IMG/VR virus record: IMGVR_UViG_3300045988_159010
From: a virus
Direction: 5' to 3' (one strand)
Length of the DNA stretch: 64,000 nt
In this document: positions 63,781-64,000 of the stretch, in pieces
How the letters are laid out: every line of letters begins with the position of its first letter
Numbering within the stretch: position 1 is the first letter of the stretch
Notes under the pieces: generated by a model
Database searches by the model: none
Told to the model about the DNA's origin: nothing
Seen by the model: only the letters and a program-made list of their open reading frames with translations
Program-made: the position numbers and the translations under genes

Positions 63781-64000
63781 TTCAAAAATTCCTTTCCGAA
63801 AATTCAATTCATGTGCTCGATTGTGCGGTTGGTAAGCGGTAGAGGGACTCAAATGTCCCTCACCACTAACGTCAAATGGTCTGCCATATGTTCAATACAC
63901 TGCACCATCTGATAGCTTGTGAAATGATAAGTTGTCAGCAGGCCAGAGGTAAATACCGCAGACCGACTGCCGAACCCTACAATTTCCAGTTCCTGCATGA

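Overview
Interpretation: this window is bacteriophage or phage-like DNA of a low-GC Firmicutes-type host. Almost every gene is on the minus strand, and the host call rests on strong AGGAGG Shine-Dalgarno sites, a close AbrB homologue and sigma-A TTGACA-17-TATAAT promoters.

1. Stop-codon recoding. From about 1 to 50.9 kb the DNA is very AT-rich and TAG is a sense codon, most parsimoniously Gln (genetic code 15). The clearest evidence is the SAM synthetase (MetK) N-terminus, which reads AGHPDKVCD-TAG-VSDAILD against the conserved MetK motif GHPDKIADQISDAVLD. In-frame TAGs also sit inside a radical-SAM CxxxCxxC region, GIY-YIG motifs, the Dcm motif I region and the tail-fibre N-domain. The supplied standard-code ORF track therefore fragments or truncates most real genes in this block. 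I re-joined the ones I could verify by hand.

2. A second, GC-richer block. From about 50.9 to 64 kb the DNA is visibly GC-richer and consists of small standard-code minus-strand genes. Each is framed by a terminator hairpin, a sigma-A promoter and a conserved AAGGAATTGATA-N2-ATG leader. GC-richer islands of the same gene family also sit inside the AT-rich block.

3. Content by region.
- Tail-fibre module (1 to 6.6 kb): five genes sharing one N-terminal domain.
- tRNA array (7.3 to 15.4 kb): about 18 tRNA or tRNA-like loci interspersed with HNH and GIY-YIG homing endonucleases. It includes two tRNAs carrying 58 to 73 nt tRNA-like insertions in the anticodon loop, a tRNA with anticodon UUA (possible suppressor), tRNA minihelix fragments, a Dcm-type C5 methyltransferase and an adjacent unknown gene.
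- Radical SAM/SPASM cassette (15.4 to 18.3 kb): a small peptide, a TAG-recoded rSAM enzyme, a protein with about 28 CxxxC repeats and a fourth unknown protein.
- Accessory region (18 to 48 kb): an intein-containing metK, RNA-repair enzymes (P-loop kinase, metallophosphoesterase, nucleotidyltransferase, RNA ligase), three large paralogues with C-terminal multi-CxxC tails, an M20 peptidase, an HslV-like hydrolase, a chorismate-mutase-like protein and a four-copy tandem family of small proteins.
- Plus-strand island (48 to 50 kb): RHH and HTH regulators, a GIY-YIG nuclease and a 16-copy TTTTACAAGC iteron array.

4. Regulatory architecture. A roughly 40-bp AT-rich promoter-like motif recurs about 20 times upstream of genes and tRNAs in the AT-rich block, usually preceded by a terminator hairpin.

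All coordinates were worked out by hand and ends are approximate to a few nucleotides.
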